This document shows, one piece after another, positions 29,288 to 37,344 of a stretch of 64,000 nt of DNA. Position 1 is the stretch's first letter. Every line of letters starts with the position of its first letter. The stretch covers positions 1-64,000 of the forward strand of contig CAZCME010000015.1 of NCBI GenBank assembly GCA_964499705.1, read 5' to 3'. The stretch comes from an uncultured bacterium (GTDB lineage Bacteria > UBA8481). The position numbers and the translations under genes are program-made. The notes under the pieces were generated by a model. It saw nothing but the letters and a program-made list of their open reading frames with translations. It was not told the DNA's origin and did not search any database.

Positions 29288-30291
29288 GATTTCCTCCTCG
29301 TCGATGGATGCGGGAAGGTCTTGAGGACCGCCCCTGATTCGATGTCGTATTGCTCGCGCATGAGCTGGCCGTCGATGAGCCGGTCGCGGATGTCGGTCTT
29401 TCTCTGAGGGGCCGATGGCGCGGCGCATTCTCTCCGACCGCTTCTCGTCGAACTCGGCCTGCCGCTGTCCTGTTGAGTCGTGAGCCAGCTCGTGACGAAG
29501 CGGCCGATGCCCGCGGCGGTCTTCCGGCGTTTCGGGTTGCCGATGAGCCACGCGCGCATTTTGCCAAGCTCGTGTCGAACATCGACGCCGGGGAAGGCTT
29601 TCTCCATCTCGGTGATGAAGTCTTCGGTGACAGGCGCTTCCTTGTCGCTTGTCAGCGGGAGCATCACGACGATTTCGCCGGTGCATTGTGTAGCGGGCTT
29701 GACTCCTCCATGTCGCTTCAGTTTTGCCACTTGTGCAACCGGCTTGGAGGAATCGCCACTCGTCGGCGATCCCTCCGAGCTACCAGATTCCTGCTCCTGT
29801 TCTTGCTCCTGCTCCTGCTCTTTAACCCCCTCAGGTGCGGGTGACCTCGTTTCGACACGTGGGGGGACAGGTGTCGGGGAGTAGGATTCGAAGATCCCGT
29901 GCAGGTGCCGGGACAGGTGCGCTGTATTGGCGAAGAAGTGGCTGAGGAGATGCGTCGATGGCAGGTCGTGGAGGTCGTTCAGGCAGTTCTTGAAGACGCT
30001 GGGGTTCTCCGGCGCGTTGTACTTCCACCAGGTGGGGATGTAGAGGACGCGGAGTTGGTTGTCGAAGCGCCATTCGAAGGTCCGGCAGACCTTGTCGAAG
30101 AAGAGGAGGAAGACGTTCGGCTCGAGGTTCAGGTCCTCGGCAGCGAGTGCGGGAGAAAAGTTGAAGAGGCCGATGCGATTGGATTGCGCGGTGAAGGCGT
30201 AGATCGCGACCAGCTTTTCGATGTGATCCAGCTTGCGGATGTTCTCGTCACGCCACATTCGGGGATCGATCTTTCGGTATCGCTGAGCCAT
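29284..30291 (-). CDS. Phage-type replication initiator protein
   Basis: MAQRYRKIDPRMWRD N-terminus, WWKYN, EQEQEQEQE linker, C-terminal ELGKMRAWL..NP.RRKT..GI.RF..SWL domain; directly upstream of the DnaC-like gene. Confidence 0.8.
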   Translation of the reverse strand: MAQRYRKIDPRMWRDENIRKLDHIEKLVAIYAFTAQSNRIGLFNFSPALAAEDLNLEPNVFLLFFDKVCRTFEWRFDNQLRVLYIPTWWKYNAPENPSVFKNCLNDLHDLPSTHLLSHFFANTAHLSRHLHGIFESYSPTPVPPRVETRSPAPEGVKEQEQEQEQEQESGSSEGSPTSGDSSKPVAQVAKLKRHGGVKPATQCTGEIVVMLPLTSDKEAPVTEDFITEMEKAFPGVDVRHELGKMRAWLIGNPKRRKTAAGIGRFVTSWLTTQQDSGRPSSTRSGRRECAAPSAPQRKTDIRDRLIDGQLMREQYDIESGAVLKTFPHPSTRRKS

Positions 30292-30292
30292 C

Positions 30293-31060
30293 TCAGTGGT
30301 CCGGCTTCGCCACGACGCGCTTTGCGCGTTCTTCGTCCGTGAGGTCGCCGGCGTAAACGGATGTCGCGCGGCCACGATCCTTCGCGGCGTAGAGCGCGGC
30401 ATCGGCGAGATCGAAAATGCGGTCGTGGAGTTCGATGGCGTCGTCAGGAGGAGTCTCGCCGAAGTCGGGCGGATACGAGGAGATGCCGCATGAAACATTG
30501 ATGCTGCTCTTCAGAGATCGACCCGTGATCGCGTGGAATTGGTATTCGGACGTTTCCTTCACGATGCGCTCGGCAATGGCTTTGGCGCCGACGACATCGG
30601 TCTCGGGGAGGATGAGGCCAAACTCGTCGCCTCCGACGCGGGCGGCGCAATCGCTCTTACGGGTGAAGTGCGCGAGGAGTTCTCCGAACTCCTTCAAGAC
30701 GAAATCACCGGTTGCGTGGCCGAAATCGTCGTTTGCGGCCTTGAAGCCATCGAGGTCCATGAGGACGAGCGAGAGAAAGTGCGAGCCTTTCGCGCGAGCG
30801 AGCTCGGCGGTGAGTTGCCGATCGAAGAACTTGCGATTGCCGAGGCCTGTGAGTTTGTCGATGTACGCGCCCTTCTCGATCTGGCGGATGCGGCCGAGGA
30901 GTGTGGTCATGAACTGATCCGCGGGCATTCCGCGCTCGGCGACGATGCCGATGACGGCCTGCGACGGAAGCCAGATTCCGAGGCATGTCTGGCAGATGTC
31001 GAAGTTGACGGACGCGATCTTCTGCGTCTCGATCGGCACACGACAGCAGGGACAGTCCAT
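30293..31060 (-). CDS. zf-TFIIB-like Zn finger plus diguanylate cyclase (intact GGDEF)
   Basis: CPCC...DICQTCLGIWL; DKLTGLGNR, DLDGFK.AND.FGH.TGD, RKSD I-site, ARVGGDEF, ADAALYAAK. Start at 31060 or 31111. Confidence 0.92.
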   Translation of the reverse strand: MDCPCCRVPIETQKIASVNFDICQTCLGIWLPSQAVIGIVAERGMPADQFMTTLLGRIRQIEKGAYIDKLTGLGNRKFFDRQLTAELARAKGSHFLSLVLMDLDGFKAANDDFGHATGDFVLKEFGELLAHFTRKSDCAARVGGDEFGLILPETDVVGAKAIAERIVKETSEYQFHAITGRSLKSSINVSCGISSYPPDFGETPPDDAIELHDRIFDLADAALYAAKDRGRATSVYAGDLTDEERAKRVVAKPDH

Positions 31061-31070
31061 CAGACGCGTT

Positions 31071-31433
31071 TCACTTCGCTGGCGGCGTTTCGGTTTCATC
31101 GTGTGATCCATTTCGTTCGGCGACCAGTTTTTCGACGACGGCGCCGACCTTCTCGCGGATGTCGGAGGCCTGAAGGACCTGACCGCCGCGGAGCTCGTTC
31201 ACCTTGTCGCGGAGGTAGAAGTGCGCGAGAACCAGGTCCCGGTCTTTACTGTCCCATGCGTACGGATCGGCCTCGACGTATGCGTCATCGTCGATCGCGA
31301 TCATGTAGAGACCTTCCGTAGTGATGCCGACATCGGCGGTGCGATCGTCGGCGAGTTTTGCAAAGTTGATCGGGATGAGCGCGACGAGATAGTGGCGATC
31401 GCCGGTCTCGAGGCGGAAGTGTTTTACGCGCAT
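31071..31433 (-). CDS. Hypothetical protein (120 aa)
   Basis: Protein-like ORF that fills its slot in the operon. Confidence 0.65.
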   Translation of the reverse strand: MRVKHFRLETGDRHYLVALIPINFAKLADDRTADVGITTEGLYMIAIDDDAYVEADPYAWDSKDRDLVLAHFYLRDKVNELRGGQVLQASDIREKVGAVVEKLVAERNGSHDETETPPAK

Positions 31434-31798
31434 GGGGAGCTTCGATCCTCGAAGAGTGAGGACTGGCGTGGAAGGGCTACGCTCTGGCGGAACGCGGTTT
31501 CGAGGGCTTTGAGTCGCTCGCTCAGCGCGACAATGCGCGCGGTGAGTTCGTGCCGCGCGGCTTCGAATTCCGCTTCGTTTGCGATGATGAAGTAGCCGTT
31601 TACGGGATCCGCGCCGATGGGCACTCGATGAGTCTTGATGAGCGCCTCGATGGTCTCGCGCAGGCGACGGTTGGGGAGATCGAGTTTTTCCTGAAGAGCT
31701 TTGCCGCCGATGCCGTTTCCGGAACCGGTGTGGTCTCTTTGCAGGGCGGAGAGGACTGCATCCTCGTTGGGCGTGAGCTTCATGTGTCTGTCATCCAC
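31424..31798 (-). CDS. Winged-helix DNA-binding protein of phage/satellite type
   Basis: HTG..NGI..KAL...L....RRLRETIEAL.....PIGA....GYFI pattern followed by a coiled-coil tail. Confidence 0.7.
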   Translation of the reverse strand: MDDRHMKLTPNEDAVLSALQRDHTGSGNGIGGKALQEKLDLPNRRLRETIEALIKTHRVPIGADPVNGYFIIANEAEFEAARHELTARIVALSERLKALETAFRQSVALPRQSSLFEDRSSPCA

Positions 31799-32045
31799 GT
31801 TTCTTCGCGGGTTTCTTCAGGGCCGCCGGCGTGTGATCAGGCCTATCGTCGGGATCGAACGGGAGCTTCTCTTCGGGGGTCGGGCTGTCAGACGGCGGAA
31901 TCGGGAGCGCGATTGCGATCCGGACTTCCTGGTCGACGAGGTCGGCGAGAAGCGAGATGTCGGGCGGGGAGATGTCGAGCACGGCCTGCATTCCGGAGTC
32001 TGTGATCTCGAGGCTCTTGATGATCGCGGGGAACGAGAAGGTCAC
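31791..32045 (-). CDS. Hypothetical protein (84 aa)
   Basis: GTG start overlaps the upstream TGA; stop overlaps the next gene. Confidence 0.6.
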   Translation of the reverse strand: MTFSFPAIIKSLEITDSGMQAVLDISPPDISLLADLVDQEVRIAIALPIPPSDSPTPEEKLPFDPDDRPDHTPAALKKPAKKRG

Positions 32046-32197
32046 GGTGTTCTCCGGCGGTAGTGGCGCCGGCGGTCGACTCGGCGACGGTCGCCGTATC
32101 GCCGGCGGCCGTGTTCGAGCATTGTGATGCGATGCCGGCGGTTGGCGGTGCCTCGTCGCTCTTGAGTGCGGCGCTCGCCGGTGCGTCGGCTATTCAT
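32042..32197 (-). CDS. 51-aa arginine-repeat peptide (not in the ORF track)
   Basis: MNSRRTGERRTQERRGTANRRHRITMLEHGRRRYGDRRRVDRRRHYRRRTP*; GGAGG RBS at 32205-32209; ATGA overlap upstream and GTGA overlap downstream. Confidence 0.7.
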   Translation of the reverse strand: MNSRRTGERRTQERRGTANRRHRITMLEHGRRRYGDRRRVDRRRHYRRRTP

Positions 32198-32370
32198 TTG
32201 GCCGCCTCCGTCTGGAATTCGACTTCACGGGCAAGACGGAGGAGGCGAGCCCACGCCCAGAGGCAATCGGGGGAGGAGGAGTAGACGACGCCTTTGGGCA
32301 ATGTCGGTTGGGAAGCGGCGTCATTCCGGACATCGGCGGCTCGGTCCGTGTTGGGCTGATCGTCAAGCAT
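32194..32370 (-). CDS. Hypothetical protein (58 aa)
   Basis: ATG 32370 with AGGAG RBS, overlapping the cro-like stop. Confidence 0.55.
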   Translation of the reverse strand: MLDDQPNTDRAADVRNDAASQPTLPKGVVYSSSPDCLWAWARLLRLAREVEFQTEAAK

Positions 32371-32653
32371 CGCGTCTCCTTCGCGCCTGCGGACGATCAC
32401 GGCGGGGGAGATTTGGCCGTGCGCTGGATTGCTCGGACCAGCGGCAACCCGCTTCGGTGAACATTCGGGGGAATAGAACGTAGGGAGGCACACCGAGAGC
32501 TTTGGCGATGCGAAGTGCGGTAGCCGGTCTGGTATGGGCGCGAGCTTCAATCCTGGCAATTCCACCGCGAGTGAGGCCCACGCGGCGTGCCAGTTCCCCA
32601 AGCGACCATCCCTTGGCGAGGCGGATTTCTTTCAGTGGTTCTTTCAGTTCCAT
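32363..32653 (-). CDS. Cro-like XRE helix-turn-helix regulator
   Basis: LKEIRLAKGWSLGELARRVGLTRGGIARIE...IAKALGV; first gene of the long operon. Confidence 0.85.
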   Translation of the reverse strand: MELKEPLKEIRLAKGWSLGELARRVGLTRGGIARIEARAHTRPATALRIAKALGVPPYVLFPRMFTEAGCRWSEQSSARPNLPRRDRPQARRRRDA

Positions 32654-32762
32654 ATCAATTATGAATGACAGATATGAACTACAAATTAGCATTCTGTCAA
32701 CATTAGATTTCATACGCGTTATTTGTGTTGACAAACGTTGACAAACCGCTACATTTCCACTC
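32654..32762. promoter_or_regulatory. Divergent promoter/operator region of the switch
   Basis: AT-rich; TTGACA on the minus strand (32695-32700) and twice on the plus strand (32728, 32738, in a tandem GTTGACAAAC repeat); TACATT at 32750-32755, 7 nt before the ATG. Confidence 0.7.
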
Positions 32763-33158
32763 ATGAAAGTCATCGAGTTTCTCAAGCAGACGTTAAAGGA
32801 CTGTGACAAGCCTCAATACGAGGTGTGCAATAGCGTGAACGTCGCGCAATCGACGCTCAGCCATGTGATGCGCGGGCGCAGCGATCCCAGACTGGACACC
32901 TTTGTGAAGCTTGGTGGTCCGCTCGGCTACGAGGTGCAGGTCGTCACAAGGAAGGCGGCCTTCATGCTCGGGATCAAGGGAGGCAAGGCGGATCTTGTCG
33001 AAGAAAATAGCAGGCGCAAGGAAACTCGATTGGAACGGCTCGCGACCTTCTACTCACGGCGATTATCTCCCCTGGAGCTCGAAGGCTTGTGCGAGGAGCT
33101 GGAGATGCGCGCAGATCACATCGACAAACAAAAAAAGCGCGTCGCGAAAGCGAGCTAA
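32763..33158 (+). CDS. XRE-family HTH repressor (CI-like, no peptidase domain)
   Basis: QYEVCNSVNVAQSTLSHVMRGRSDPRLDTFVKL; divergent from the cro-like gene and upstream of the integrase. Confidence 0.8.
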   Translation: MKVIEFLKQTLKDCDKPQYEVCNSVNVAQSTLSHVMRGRSDPRLDTFVKLGGPLGYEVQVVTRKAAFMLGIKGGKADLVEENSRRKETRLERLATFYSRRLSPLELEGLCEELEMRADHIDKQKKRVAKAS

Positions 33159-33323
33159 CCCCTTGGACGCCCACGCTGATCCTGGGCGGCAAGCCGGAAT
33201 CGGCACCGGTGCTCGAACTTGCGAAGCCGCGAAAGCCGCGAAAACGTCGGTCCCCTTCGGTGCCGGCGATCAGCAATCCGGAATCTGGTCCGGTGATATG
33301 CACTGATCCGGGAGGGTCGAACT

Positions 33324-34907
33324 ATGAATAAGAAATCAGAGGAGAACGCGGAAGGCGTTATTATGCCGCCCGAACGTCGCGCCATCATCTACTGTCGCGT
33401 CTCGACGGAAGAGCAGGCCAAGGGCGGCATCTCGATCGAGATGCAGATGGAAAAATTGCACCACCTTGCGAAAGTTCACGACCTCACTGTCACCGAAACC
33501 ATCTGTGACGCCGGCGTCTCAGCGAAAAACCTCCATCGCAAGGGAGTCGAGAAAGCGCTTGAACTTGTGCGCGAAGGCCATGTCTCGCATCTCCTCATCT
33601 ATAAGCTGGATCGCCTCTCGCGTTCCATTCGAGATATCGGCGTGCTCATCGACCTCTTTCAAGAAAAGGGAGTGGCTCTCATCTCAGCAACCGAAAGTAT
33701 CGACACTGCTTCGCCAATGGGGCGGATGATCTGCAACATCCTCGGGTCGTTTGCGCAATTCGAACGTGAACTTATCGCGGAGCGGACGCGTGATGCTATG
33801 GAGCAACTTTGGAAGGCCGGTCGCTGGACAACGCGCGCTCCATTCGGATACATCTTCGATGATAATCGCCGGCTACTCCCGCATCCGGAGCAGGCTCCAC
33901 TGGTGCGCGAGCTATTCGAGCGAACGGCCGATGAACGACTGACGACGAGAGACGCATTTCACTCGGTTATCGACGACAGCCGCTACACTGCGGCGCGAAA
34001 GTGGAACAAGTCTGGTGTTTACTTCGTCCTGACATCTCGCGTTTACCTGGGCGAGGTGAAGCGAGGCAAGAAGTGGGGGCGCGGGATGCACGACGGTATC
34101 ATCGACGCCGAACTCTTTGATCGTGTTCAGGGTCAGCTCAGCGCGCGCAACAATATCGGGACGATTACGCGCGGACTCTCCGCGAATGTGCTGGCGGGTA
34201 TCGCGGTGTGCGGGCATTGCGGCCGGAAGCTAATCGCACGAACCGGGCGCAGGAAAGGTTCGAAGACCGACAAGGATCGTCAGACCGCGCGCTACGCTTA
34301 TTACGTCTGCCCAAGTTCTGCGGATCGAAAAGACTGCGTGCTTGCGCCGGTTCCAGCACCTGCAATCGAGGAGGCGATCTTCTCCGAGATGGCGAGCATC
34401 GGGCAGAACCGGGCCTTGGTGGCTGCCATCGTTCGTGATGCTGAAACGTTGCTCGAGACCAGAACTCGCGGCGAACGGGTCGAGATCAAGACGGCGCGCC
34501 GGCGACTCACGCTTCTCGAGAAGAAAGTTCGCGTCGTCATGGATCACCTTTCGGAGATTCCTCCGAGTGATCCGCGCGCCAAGGAATTCACGACCGAGCT
34601 CGATCGGTTGAGCGCGGAGAAGGACTTGGTGAGCAACCGCGTCAGCGAGATCGAGGCACAGCTCTTCACGAAGCGCCGCGACCGGATGAACGTGGATCTG
34701 CTGGTCTCCCTGCTGATGTATCCCAGGCTCTACCTGCCGAAGCTGAACGGGAAAGACCTGCGTGAGGTCATGAAGGGGATCATCCACAAAGCGACGATCT
34801 GGAGCCGTGAGGAGATCGAAATCGAGGTCGCCGTGCCCGCAGGCTCGCGCGGGGTTATGATGGCGTCCAATGGAGCGTCCCCAACGGGATTCGAACCCGT
34901 GTTTTAG
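33324..34907 (+). CDS. Large serine recombinase (integrase)
   Basis: IYCRVSTEEQ catalytic Ser, KLDRLSR, FAQFERELIAERT, APFGY, CGHCG Zn ribbon, coiled coil; GGAGG RBS; last codons read antisense through the tRNA. Confidence 0.95.
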   Translation: MNKKSEENAEGVIMPPERRAIIYCRVSTEEQAKGGISIEMQMEKLHHLAKVHDLTVTETICDAGVSAKNLHRKGVEKALELVREGHVSHLLIYKLDRLSRSIRDIGVLIDLFQEKGVALISATESIDTASPMGRMICNILGSFAQFERELIAERTRDAMEQLWKAGRWTTRAPFGYIFDDNRRLLPHPEQAPLVRELFERTADERLTTRDAFHSVIDDSRYTAARKWNKSGVYFVLTSRVYLGEVKRGKKWGRGMHDGIIDAELFDRVQGQLSARNNIGTITRGLSANVLAGIAVCGHCGRKLIARTGRRKGSKTDKDRQTARYAYYVCPSSADRKDCVLAPVPAPAIEEAIFSEMASIGQNRALVAAIVRDAETLLETRTRGERVEIKTARRRLTLLEKKVRVVMDHLSEIPPSDPRAKEFTTELDRLSAEKDLVSNRVSEIEAQLFTKRRDRMNVDLLVSLLMYPRLYLPKLNGKDLREVMKGIIHKATIWSREEIEIEVAVPAGSRGVMMASNGASPTGFEPVF

Positions 34908-34948
34908 CCTTGAAAGGGCCATGTCCTGGGCCTCTGGACGATGGGGAC
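34876..34948 (-). tRNA. tRNA-Glu (anticodon TTC); CCA not contiguous
   Basis: GTCCCCATCGTCCAGAGGCCCAGGACATGGCCCTTTCAAGGCTAAAACACGGGTTCGAATCCCGTTGGGGACG: 7-bp acceptor stem, CTTTCAA loop, GTTCGAATC T-loop. Confidence 0.95.
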
Positions 34949-35010
34949 TGGATGCAGGTCGAAAAACGACGGGGAATTATCCCATGGGCGGCGGCGTTCC
35001 GCCACCGAAA

Positions 35011-35907
35011 TCAGCTTTGGAATTTCTCCAGCGTGGCGATGGCTTCGTCGACCTTCTTCTGCGTGGCTTGCGTCGCCTGCGTCAACGGCCGCCGGACGAT
35101 GTTCTGGCATTTGCCGAGCCTGGCGACGGCGGCCTTTACCGGGATCGGATTGGTTTCGGCGAAGAGCGCCTTCGCCAGCGGGAGCATCGCGTAGTGGATC
35201 TTCTTCGCGCGCTCGGTGTCGCCCGCTTCCCACGCGCGGATCAGCTCGGCGTTCAGGCGCGGCGCGACGTTGGCGGTCACGGAGATGACGCCCTTGCCTC
35301 CGATGGCTAATGTCGGAAGGATCGTGAAGTCGTCGCCGGAAAGGACGACGAACTCGCGAGGGGTCGTCGCGATCACCTCGGAGATCTGCTCCAGGTTCGC
35401 CGTGGCTTCCTTGATGCCGACGATCTTCTGGTGCGAGGCGCAGGCCGCGACAGCGGGAGGCAGCATATTCACGCAGGTTCGGCCCGGGACATTGTACAGG
35501 ATGATCGGAATGTTCGACGCGTGCTCGATCGCCTGGAAGTGCTCGATCAAGCCCGCCTGCGTCGGCTTGTTGTAATACGGCGTGATCGAGAGAACGAAAT
35601 CCGCTCCGACCTTCGATGCGAAATTCGTCAGCCGGATCGCTTCGTCCGTCGAATTGGATCCGGCGCCGGCGACGACCGGAACGCGTTTGGCCACCTGCTT
35701 CACCACAAGCTCGACGACATGGTTGTGCTCGTCGTGCGTCAACGTCGCGGATTCGCCGGTCGTTCCGCACGGCACGATGCCGTCGGTTCCCTCGGCGATG
35801 TGCCACTCCACGAGTTCCTTCAGCGCGTCGTCGTCGATCGATCCGTCCCGTTTGAAGGGCGTTATGAGCGCGACGAACGAGCCGCGCAGTTTTTCAAGGC
35901 CTCGCAT
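35011..35907 (-). CDS. dapA: 4-hydroxy-tetrahydrodipicolinate synthase
   Basis: ALITPF, CGTTGES, PYYNKP, LYNVPGRT, GIKEA, SGDD, TNPIPVK. Confidence 0.97.
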   Translation of the reverse strand: MRGLEKLRGSFVALITPFKRDGSIDDDALKELVEWHIAEGTDGIVPCGTTGESATLTHDEHNHVVELVVKQVAKRVPVVAGAGSNSTDEAIRLTNFASKVGADFVLSITPYYNKPTQAGLIEHFQAIEHASNIPIILYNVPGRTCVNMLPPAVAACASHQKIVGIKEATANLEQISEVIATTPREFVVLSGDDFTILPTLAIGGKGVISVTANVAPRLNAELIRAWEAGDTERAKKIHYAMLPLAKALFAETNPIPVKAAVARLGKCQNIVRRPLTQATQATQKKVDEAIATLEKFQS

Positions 35908-37165
35908 TTTTCTTCTCCAGTTCCATTTCAGGTTGCAGCATATCTTCGTATGTTTCCCGGCGGCGGACAAGACTCGCCTTCGTGCCCGCCACGAGCACTT
36001 CCGCGGCCCGGGGGCGCAGATTGTAGTTCGACGACATCGCCATGCCGTACGCTCCGGCTGATCCGATCGCCAGCAGGTCGCCTGCCGCCGGCAGGGGCAT
36101 GACGCGCCCCTTCGCGATGAAGTCTCCGGTCTCGCAGACGGGGCCGACGATCTCGCACGTCGTCTCCTGCCGTCCCACCGGCGTCTTGACGTGCCAGACC
36201 GGATGATAGGCGTCGTACAGCGCGGGGCGCATCAGGTCGTTCATCGCGGCGTCGACGACGACATACCGATGAATCGGCGTTTCCTTCACGTAGTGGACTT
36301 TCGTCAGCAGGACGCCCGCCTCTCCGACAAGCGACCGGCCCGGCTCGAGTATCAGCCGGCAGCCGGCCGCGTCCAGGAACGGCGCGATCGCGGCCGCGAG
36401 ATCCTGGGGCGAAGGCGGAGTCTCGTTGTTGTAGGTGATCCCGAGCCCGCCTCCGAAGTCGAGGATGCGGAGATCGATGCCGACCGAACGGATCTCCTTG
36501 ATGACCCGCGTGATTTTCTCGGCGGCCTGGACGAAGGGCTCGATCTTCGTGATCTGGCTCCCGATGTGGCAATGGATCCCGATCGGATCAATGTTCGGCA
36601 GGTCCTTCGCCAGCTTGTAGGTCTCGATGGCGGCCTTGATGTCGAGCCCGAACTTGGATTCCTTCTTGCCCGTGGAGATGTAGGCGTGCGTCCGGGGATC
36701 GACGTCGGGATTGACGCGGATGGCGATCGGCGCCTTGACGCCGGTTCGCGCGGCAACATCGTTCAGGAGTTTCAGCTCCGGGATGGATTCGACGTTGAAC
36801 ATGAGGATCTTCTTCGCCAGCGCCGATTCCATCTCCTCTGCCGCTTTTCCGACGCCGGCGAAGACGATCCGCTCGGGCGGGATTCCCGCCGTCAAGGCGC
36901 GGTGCAATTCGCCGCCGGAGACGATATCGGCTCCGCCGCCGGATCGGGCCACCTCCCTGATGATCGCGAGGTTGAAGTTCGCCTTGATGGCGAAGGCCAC
37001 GATCGGGTCGTAGGCCTTGAACGCGGTTTGATACGCGGAGAGGATTCCGAGGACGGAGTTGAGGGAGTAGACGAAGAGGGGAGTTCCGTGGTCCCGGGCG
37101 AGCTGCGACAGAGCCACGCCCTCGCAGTGGAGCTCGCCGTTGCGTTCTGAAATGAAGTTGGCCAT
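35894..37165 (-). CDS. lysA: Diaminopimelate decarboxylase
   Basis: FAIKAN, DIVSGGE, SKFG, HCHIGSQ, EPGRS, GPVCETGD, GAYG. Confidence 0.97.
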   Translation of the reverse strand: MANFISERNGELHCEGVALSQLARDHGTPLFVYSLNSVLGILSAYQTAFKAYDPIVAFAIKANFNLAIIREVARSGGGADIVSGGELHRALTAGIPPERIVFAGVGKAAEEMESALAKKILMFNVESIPELKLLNDVAARTGVKAPIAIRVNPDVDPRTHAYISTGKKESKFGLDIKAAIETYKLAKDLPNIDPIGIHCHIGSQITKIEPFVQAAEKITRVIKEIRSVGIDLRILDFGGGLGITYNNETPPSPQDLAAAIAPFLDAAGCRLILEPGRSLVGEAGVLLTKVHYVKETPIHRYVVVDAAMNDLMRPALYDAYHPVWHVKTPVGRQETTCEIVGPVCETGDFIAKGRVMPLPAAGDLLAIGSAGAYGMAMSSNYNLRPRAAEVLVAGTKASLVRRRETYEDMLQPEMELEKKNARP

Positions 37166-37344
37166 GAGCGCGGAAAAGTGTATCAGGATGCGGCGCGCAG
37201 GAAAAGAAAAAGGCCGGGAATTCCAGAGGGGCCCCGGGCTGAGGGTTCGGTTGACACGCCCTCCGCCACACCTGATAGTGATTCATCGTGACGGGGTTTC
37301 AAACCAGGTTCGACCGGCAGGCGCGCCGTTTCCGAAGGGAAGGG

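Larger units (their letters stand above)
1..34875. mobile_element. Integrated mobile element (phage/ICE-like island) inserted at the tRNA-Glu 3' end; left end is outside the window
   Basis: Serine integrase abuts and overlaps the tRNA 3' end. Divergent HTH switch, phage-type replication genes, ArdC and many defence genes lie to the left; housekeeping genes (dapA, lysA) resume just past the tRNA. Confidence 0.85.

Noticed and set aside
29790-29821. Short tandem repeat (ctgctc)n as a contingency locus
   Set aside because: Imperfect and in frame; it encodes the EQEQEQ linker common in phage initiators.
30293-31060. CBASS/Thoeris-type immune signalling cyclase
   Set aside because: Motifs are canonical GGDEF, not CD-NTase or TIR, and no cognate effector is adjacent.
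21183-34907. Complete prophage or classical T4SS ICE
   Set aside because: No terminase, capsid, tail, lysis, relaxase, VirB4 or coupling-protein gene is recognisable in the window; the class cannot be fixed without the left part.
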